Shown here piece after piece: positions 49,609 through 64,000 of a DNA stretch of 64,000 bases. The notes beneath the pieces are model-generated. The model was given only the letters and a program-made list of their open reading frames with translations, did no database searches and was not told where the DNA came from. Position 1 is the first letter of the stretch, and every line of letters begins with the position of its first letter. The translations under genes were made by a program, and so were the position numbers. Origin of the DNA: the human T2T-CHM13v2.0 reference genome, Homo sapiens; the NCBI RefSeq assembly GCF_009914755.1, contig NC_060926.1. One strand, given 5' to 3'.

Positions 49609-49729
49609 GCCATGTATTCACTTATCTAAAATTCACAACCATCCTATAAGTAAGTACCCTCCATATCCTTATTTTCCAGAATATTGTTAGGAAGTGGGGA
49701 AGTGTTGCGTTAGCCACTTAACACTTGTT

Positions 49730-49850
49730 CGCCAACTGGGCTAATAACAGCACCTGCTTCAAAATAGGTTGGGAACTTCAAATTGAATAATACATATAGA
49801 GTACCCAGTCCAGTGCTTAGCACATTGTGTATTCTCAATAATATAATTGA
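49730..49850 (+). mobile_element. MIR fragment
   Basis: ctaataacagcacctgc...cagtgcttagcacattg..ctcaataa. Confidence 0.6.
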
Positions 49851-51217
49851 TGATGATGCTGAAAATGATTATTTTATAGCAGGGCAATGATAGTCCAAAT
49901 CCATGTAGTCAGATGCTAGAATTAAGAGGATCTAAGATATATGGGATTCTTTGCCATATTTTACTATATATCTTAGAGAAGTTAAAAATAAAGAGCTTGT
50001 TTTGTAAGGAAACAGTAACAAATTTTAATAAAATACTATTGAATTCTGGAGGCAGGCAGGAAGGTATGCAGATTTCATTCCTTTAGGAAACAGGCAAATC
50101 TACTGAATTAGGACCAAACTGTCTGCATCAGGGCCTCCAGATGAGAAGCCTCTAGTTCCTCACACCTTTACAGTTGTATGAGCAGAGGTGGTCAGGGTAT
50201 AACATTAGAAGATCTGTTTTCTGAAGACATATTTCCTTGTGTCAGAAGGGCAGGCCCACAGTGCAACACTCTTTAGTGGCCTGGGAGAAGCAGGTAACTA
50301 CTTATCTGGATAGGCAGGACTGTTAACTCTTCACTTAAGGTATTTCCCTTCCAGCCATCAAGACATTTTTTATTGTTGTCATTTGACTACACAAGTAATT
50401 TGTGATCTTCCAAGGAAAACAGAAAAATGTGATCAAACAAGATGAGAGTATAGAAGCCTTACGACCCCACCTATCTATTAATGCCTTCATGGATATCTTT
50501 CCAGAACTTTTTCTAAGCAGTTTTAAAAAGAAACAAAAATGGGATAATGGCACACATACATATTGTTTGTAAATTGATTTTTTTCACCTGACAATAGATT
50601 CTGAATTTTTTTTCATTTCAGTTGATGCATTTCTGTAACATCGTTAATCTTTGTATAGGTATATCATCATCTATTTAACTAATCCCCTAATTGTGGACAT
50701 TTCCAATTATTTGATATTCTAACAGGGCTTTTCTGACCATTTTTAATCCTACCATATGATTCAACAAATTATCATGACTGATAACTTTCTTAGTGGAAAC
50801 TGTCTAAAAGAGAAATTGCCTAGTGAAAGAGTAGGAACATTTTAAAGATTTTTTGATGCATTTCCAATTTCCCATCAATGAAGGTGTGCAACTCTCACTG
50901 TCAGTGCACATAATGTTACTTTAAGATAAACTCCATAAGGGAGAGAGTGTAATAAATTCATGTATTACTAGTGTATACCTTTTTATCTGTAAGCAGTCAA
51001 ATAGTATGCAAATGGGGTCACTTTGTACATCTAAATTGGGATTAGGGTAGGCAGCTCAGGGTAATCAGGTCAAGGCAGATGGATTTATCCCAAGCTGAGG
51101 AGCATGAAACATTAACCAAAAGATAAAAATAGAAGAAATAGAAGTGAAAAGCCTACTCAAGGAAAGATGAAGCAATCAATAGTGTATTTTTTTGCTGTTG
51201 ATCTTGTAAAATTGCTC

Positions 51218-51252
<35 letters not shown>

Positions 51253-51259
51253 CCTATCT
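51218..51259. repeat. (CTAT)n tetranucleotide repeat, tail of an Alu monomer (about 51265-51381, minus)
   Basis: About 10 CTAT-type units. Confidence 0.9.
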
Positions 51260-51406
51260 GTTGATCAAGATGGTGTCCTGCTATGTTGTCCAGGCTAGAA
51301 TCAAACTCCTGGGCTCAAGGGAGCCTACTGTTTCCACCTCTCAAGTAGCTGGGACTACAGGTGCTCACTACTGTGCCCAGCGATATATGTATCAGAGTAT
51401 GTTACA

Positions 51407-51646
51407 CAGGCAGGAATGCAGTGGCGTGATCTCAGTTCACTGCAACCTCTGCCTCCCAGGTTCAAGCGATCCTCTTGCCTCAACCCCCCAAGTAGCTGGG
51501 ATTACAGGCATGCGCCACCATGCCCGGCTAATTTTTGCATTTTTGATAGAGATGGGGTTTCGCCATGTTGGCCAGGTTGGTCTTGAACTCCTGACCTCAG
51601 GTGATCCAACTGCTTTGGCCTCCCAAAGTGCTGGGATTACAGGCAT
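51407..51646 (-). mobile_element. AluS fragment lacking both termini
   Basis: Internal Alu sequence only. Confidence 0.85.
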
Positions 51647-51668
51647 ATATAGTTCTAAAAGAACAAAG

Positions 51669-57960
<6,292 letters not shown>

Positions 57961-58708
57961 AAAAGAACAAAGCGTCTTCAGGGAGGTCATTCCAAGGCTG
58001 GAGGATGAAGGCATTAGGAGGGGGCTTGCAGGATCAAAAGCCAGTGGAAAAGAGTACCTTAGGAGGTCTGAATGGAAAATCTAATGATGAATTGTTAGTA
58101 ACTTATGCTTATATAGCACTTTACAGTTTACACAGTCCTTTTAATGGTGCAAAGGAAGGCAACAGGAGCTGGTGGTGAATGGTGCTGGGGTTTTCAGCAC
58201 TAGAGCTGTACAAACCATTCCTGACTTCTTGTAACTTGAGGGATATAAACCACTCGCTTTGTTTAACCACCATAGCCAACTATCTCTTACATGCAGGCAA
58301 ATGCAATTCTAACTTACACAAATGATTAAATAATTTATAAAATTCCTAAGGGGGAGAGTGTTGTAGGATTTTATAGAACTGTGACAGAGTAAACAAAAGC
58401 ATAGGGTCAGAAAAAGTCACAAAGCAAAGGAAATGCTGGCATATATGCTGGTGATAGGGCCGTGGAGAGTGGTCATTGTCACAGGGAGAATGTGAATAGT
58501 GAGGAAGAGAAAAGGGCCAAGGCAAAAACCCAAGGAAAGCTGAATCTTGGAGGTGGGTAGGGCCAGGGAAGAGCGGGCAGAGGAGGAAAAGAAGGAATGG
58601 CAAGACACCCAGGAAGAAACCAGCAGTAGGGTCACTGGCTGGAGAAGGAAGGCCACATATGCTGTGTTAACATATTTGAAGTTTCCTTATGGAAAAGGGA
58701 TTAAACTT

Positions 58709-58866
<158 letters not shown>

Positions 58867-59066
58867 TAAACTTGTTTTATATAAAAAGTAGGTAACAAGT
58901 ATTTATCTAATATGAAAGGTAAAACAAAGCACAGTGGGTGAAGATGCAGGTAGGGGAATCTATTTCAATTCAATGTAGAAGTAGTAGTTCTTGTCTGTCA
59001 GGATGCCTTCACCTTTCCAGCTTCTTCTGTTAACAACCTGGTACTTGGTTATAGGAATGGGCAAGA

Positions 59067-59369
59067 GGCTGGGTGCGGGTGGCTCACGCCTGTAATCCCA
59101 GCATTTTGGGAGGCAGAGACAGGTGGATCACTTAAGGTCAGGAGTTTGGGACCAGCCTGGCAACATGGTGAAACCTGGTCTCTACTCAAAATACAAAAAT
59201 TATCTGGGCATGGTGGCGCATGCCTGTAATCCCAGCTATTGGGAGGCTGAGGCATGAGAATCACTTGAATCTGGGAGGTAGAGGCTGCAGTGAGCCAAGA
59301 TCATGCAACTGCACTCTAGCCTGGGCGAGAGAGTAAGATTCTGTCTCAAAACAACAACAACAAAAAAAA
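59067..59369 (+). mobile_element. AluS/J
   Basis: TSD aatgggcaag. Confidence 0.92.
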
Positions 59370-60256
59370 TGGGCAAGGTCCCAGGTTGAATGAATAATAT
59401 TATTCCATCCATCTGGCCACAGTGGCTGGTCCACGGATGGACATATGGCCCCAGCCAGGACAATCAGGATCCTTAGCCAAATACTTTCTAACTGGACTAG
59501 TCTTTTCTTCTCTTTTGGTTGCTGAATTTTTTGGCTATGGGCCCAGAACAGTTTGAGGGCATGCTCCCTGCTGCACAGGGAAAGTTCATCTGCAGAAGGC
59601 CTTCAACACAAGTGTTCATAGCATGAATTGGTTATGAGGTGATTGATCGATTAGAAAACATGATCTGTGTGATATTCCAACTGCTATTATTATACCCTCA
59701 TCTAAAACTAGCAAGTAGAGCAGGAAAAACATAGTTGGAAACAACACCAGCTGCAATGTCTGAGTGACCTCATGCTTTGTTTATCAAAGCACTGGGTGAT
59801 AACGTTGATAAGAATGTGTACGAGTTGTTCTAATGATAAGGGTGGTGGAGATGGTAAAAGAAGGGTCATCACTCTTGAGAAAGAGCCATATATAATGTAG
59901 AAATGGAAGACAATTAAAAGCCTAGAAACCCTTAGATTCAGACTAGGTTAATATTAAATGGTGAGAAGTGTTGGAATAATAAAATACAGATCACTATATA
60001 ATAAACTTCTCTATGAGAAAAGGAGGAATCCTAAGGAAGACTAAAGAGGTCAGGGAAGGGCCTTATTTAAATTGAAATCGATTAGATAACTCATACGAAA
60101 TGACTTTTTTTTCTAGGTCATATCTGTCAAATGACAGCAATTTCATATGATTCTCTTTAATACATAGGCTCTGTCTTTTGTTATGTCAAATGAGAAGCAA
60201 GATAGTTTCTGAGATATTAAATGGCTAATTACAAAGTTCCTGTTTAATATCCCAGG

Positions 60257-60259
<3 letters not shown>

Positions 60260-60288
<29 letters not shown>

Positions 60289-60436
60289 GAGACAGGGTGT
60301 TGGCCTGTTACCCAGGTTGAAGTGCGGTGATGCAATCATAGCTCACTGTAACCTCAAACTCCTGTGCTTAAGTGATCCTCCTGCCTCCTGTCCCCCAAAA
60401 TGCTGGGATTACAGGTGTGAGCTGCCATGACCAGCC
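60260..60436 (-). mobile_element. Free Alu monomer (FRAM/FLAM-like) with long T-tail
   Basis: Monomer; short TSD ggaagg. Confidence 0.85.
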
Positions 60437-61222
60437 CTTGGAAGGTAATATTTAATTGCAACTACATAGTAGGATTTGGGAATGCTTCAAGAAGAGGTAT
60501 TTGCAATGGGTATTGAAGGCTGTTTGAATTAATGATGGAGATGGAATAGAAAAATATTCCAGATCAAGGACAGTAGCATAAGAGAATGCATGAAGAATAG
60601 AAGAGAATGGGTATAGTATTCTACCATATATATAAGAAAGGAAAACAAAGTGCATATTATTTACTTGTATAAATTTTTTAAATTTCTGAATACTCACAAA
60701 AAAACTCGTATCAGTGGTTGACTGTTTGGAATGGTGTGGATTCCAGGTGGATAAGGACAGAGGTGGATGGAAGATTAACTACTGGAACTAGAGTTTAAGG
60801 TCGAAAAGAGGATTTAGTGGACAGCAGGACTAAGATCTTGTTAGATCAGCAGAATCTTGAATGCTTTCCTATGAGGTTTATAGTTTAGTTTCTTAGTAAT
60901 GGAGAGCCACTACAGAACTCTAAACACAAGACGGACATAATAAAATCTTCATGGAAGGCTTCAGAGTTTGTTCTGCAACACTAAAGTGCAAGAAATGTTA
61001 CATTCCTTTGTGTTCCAAAATCAAATCAAATTTGCTTCAGCCCCCATTTGCCAGAGTTGGCAAAAAATCCCAGTCTCATTGGACATGGCAGTGGTGAGGA
61101 GGCATTCTTCCCAACCCCTCAACTCTGTTAGAATCATATGAGTTCTGAGAGCTTACGGGTTTCCTAAAGAGGAATCTTTCAGCCTGTGGTCTGAACTTTG
61201 CTCTCTCTTCCCACCCTAGGAT

Positions 61223-61398
61223 CAGGACCAGCTACATAATTTGCAGGGCTCAGTATGCAATGAAAACACAGCCCCTTGTTCAAAAATTACTAAGAATTTC
61301 AAAATGGTAACAAGTGAGCATTACACCAAACACAGGGCCCTTTGGAGTACAGGGCCCTGTGTGACAGCACAGATCATAGGCCCATGAAGCTGGCCCTG
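61223..61398 (+). mobile_element. MER45A (hAT-Tip100 MITE)
   Basis: Inverted termini caggaccagct...agctggccctg; about 176 bp. Confidence 0.82.
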
Positions 61399-61846
61399 CC
61401 TTGAAGGCAGGTAACCTAGGGTGGGACACACTTCTTTGCCAAACTGAGGTCTAGGAGTCTCAGCTGTGTTTTCCCCAAACCTGGTGCTCATTGTGTAGGC
61501 CCTGAACTCTTACCTCGTTAACACCAGCTGTGATTCTGCCACCTCCAGAGCACTGCTGCCCTGCTTCTTCAGGCCCTCCTCAATTTTTTTAATCATCTAA
61601 GGCTGGGTTCCCTGGAAGGAGAACCTGAAACAAGGATTTGGATTTAATAGTTTATTTGGGAAGTTGACCCAGAAGAAAGAGTGAGAGATAGGGGCAGCCG
61701 ATGAGGGAAAGAGTGCAAGGCAATGTATAGATATATAAGTGAGCTGGACGCTGCTGACCACTGCTACTAGCGATTACTGCTGGAGTCAGAGGTGAGGCCA
61801 AGGGGATTTAAAGCGTTGAAAGTGAGGCACAAAAGGTATCCCTTAC

Positions 61847-62007
61847 AATGCTTCCCAGACTTCAGTGTGCACCAATCACATACGGATCTTGTTAAAATGC
61901 AGATTCTGATTCAGTAGGTCTGGGTGGCACCTGAGATTCTGCATTTCTACAAACTCCCAGGTGCTGCTGGTGCTGCTGGTCTGTAGGCCACATTTTGAGC
62001 AGCAGGG
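61847..62007. mobile_element. MER5A (hAT-Charlie MITE)
   Basis: cttgttaaaatgcagattctgattcagtaggtctgggtgg..ctgagattctgcatttcta. Confidence 0.85.
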
Positions 62008-62028
62008 CATGACACCATTACCTAGATG

Positions 62029-62249
62029 CACCTCAGCCTCAGCCCTCAGCCTCTCCTCCTGTCTTTCCAAGGGCTCAGACTTGGTATCCAACCTATTAGC
62101 ACACAGAGACCTGGCTGCCAAGGATGGGGAAGGAGGCAGAGTTCCCTTTCTGTCTACAAGCTAGAAGACACATGATACTTAATTTCCTCATCAGGTTACC
62201 GGGACAGGTCTGTTTTGTAAAGATAACACAGGTGGCACTATGAGGCATG
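62029..62249 (+). repeat. 221-bp local direct duplication, copy 1
   Basis: Aligns ungapped to 63605-63825 with 15 mismatches by hand count (about 93%). Confidence 0.92.
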
Positions 62250-62643
62250 AAAAAGAACCACAGAGAGAGAGAGAAGGGCAGTTATAATCAGACAAGCTGA
62301 TGAAGGCTGAATTGGGGCCCTTTGGGGATTAGAATGGAAGCAACCAGAGAGACTTTCCAGGAGTTGATTCAGTTGGCTGAGAAAGCCAACTGGATGTTAG
62401 CAGGAAAGTGAGAAGGAACAAAGTTCCAGAGTTTTGACCCTGGGATGTGGTTGGAATGATGAGGGTGCTATTACCAGAAGCAGATGGAGAGCAGCAACAG
62501 CTTGTGGGAGGAAAGGAATTCAGTTTTAGCCACATTAGGTTTTAGGAGCTGTATATCCATATATCTAGGACAAGTCCTAGGCATCTATCTAGGCAAGAAG
62601 AAATCAAATCAAAATGGTAAAAGAAATACAATAATGGGCATCA

Positions 62644-63028
<385 letters not shown>

Positions 63029-63604
63029 TCACTGAGTGGAAGAAAACTAAAATAATGTAGTGTGGAGAGAGCTGTTTCGGTGGCATAGGGTAATGCTACT
63101 CAGAAGTCTAGGGGAAATAAAAAAAAACCTTTGCTTATAAGCAGGTATGTAGCATTTTCTTCTATAACAACCCATGAAAAATCTTTTGGAAAATCTTTGT
63201 GCAAAGCTTCCAAGAAAGCCGATCTGGTCCTTGCCATTGTCTGCTTTGTTGTTAAATATAGAATCTGAGGCTCTGGACTTGCTCATCTGGTATCTTTTAT
63301 GAGTACTGCTTGTACATAAAATATTCTTCTGTGTCCCATTTAGTGTAGTCAAATGAATATATTTAGGCATGCGAGGTTTTTTTCCCTTAGGGCTTTTTTT
63401 AAACTGACAATTTTATGAGGAAAAAATTCATACCTATAAAACAACCTGCTACAGCTTTTTTGGATGTTTCTCCAATCCTTATCAGTGTAAACATATATGA
63501 TGTACATCTTCACTTTAAGATTGGCTGTGAATCATTGGTGTGTAGACTGTTTAATGACCACATATTCCTCCCATCCCTTTTCTTATCCCCCTTCACCCTA
63601 GCTT

Positions 63605-63825
63605 CACCTCAGCCTCAACCCTCAGCCTCTCCTGCTGTCTCTCCAAGGGCTCAGACTTGGTGCCCAACCTATTAGCACACAGAGCCCTGGCTGCCAAGGA
63701 TGGGAAAGGAGGCAGAGTTTCCTTTCTGTCTGCAACCTAGAAGACACATGGTACTTAATTTCCTCATCAGGTTACCTGGACAGGTCTGTTTTGTAAAGAT
63801 AATACAGGTGGTAGTATGAGGCATG
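63605..63825 (+). repeat. 221-bp local direct duplication, copy 2
   Basis: See copy 1; offset 1576 bp. Confidence 0.92.
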
Positions 63826-64000
63826 CCACCTAGAGGTGAAGTTGATTGCGTCTCCTCTTGAATCTCTGTTGGTCTTATGAACGGCTTTGCCCAACAGATT
63901 GTAGTTTCTGCTCTTGCCCTCCTGCAATGCTGCTGTCGTCATGTGAAGGAGCTTGGAATAGCCTCCTTGCTATGACAGACCATGTGGAGACAGAAAGGCC

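Overview
Primate, very probably human, genomic DNA: Alu-dense, with an L1HS-type element. It is recognised as the RNF103 locus (2p11.2 from memory of the protein, not verified). The left 12 kb holds coding exons 1-3 of RNF103 (minus strand; GC-AG first intron) and its CpG-island promoter with a long uORF-containing leader. The remaining 52 kb is upstream DNA made mostly of transposable elements. The most interesting signal is three retro-insertions whose 3' target-site duplication (TSD) lies not at the element's own poly(A) tail but after extra unique sequence and a second A-tail, the hallmark of 3' transduction. (1) A full-length L1HS-type element with open ORF1, ORF2 and ORF0 carries about 816 bp of foreign flank (42398-43213). 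(2) An old full-length L1PA6-like element carries about 106 bp. (3) Unusually, an Alu carries 54 bp with its own AATAAA inside a perfect 16-bp TSD. The young L1 has an ORF1p T203M change at a phosphosite reported to be needed for retrotransposition. It sits 28 bp downstream of a co-oriented LTR18A-like solo LTR (AP-1 and TATA intact, poly(A) signal lost) and head-to-head with the older L1. Repeat subfamily names come from recalled consensus sequences, and boundaries of old repeats are approximate.
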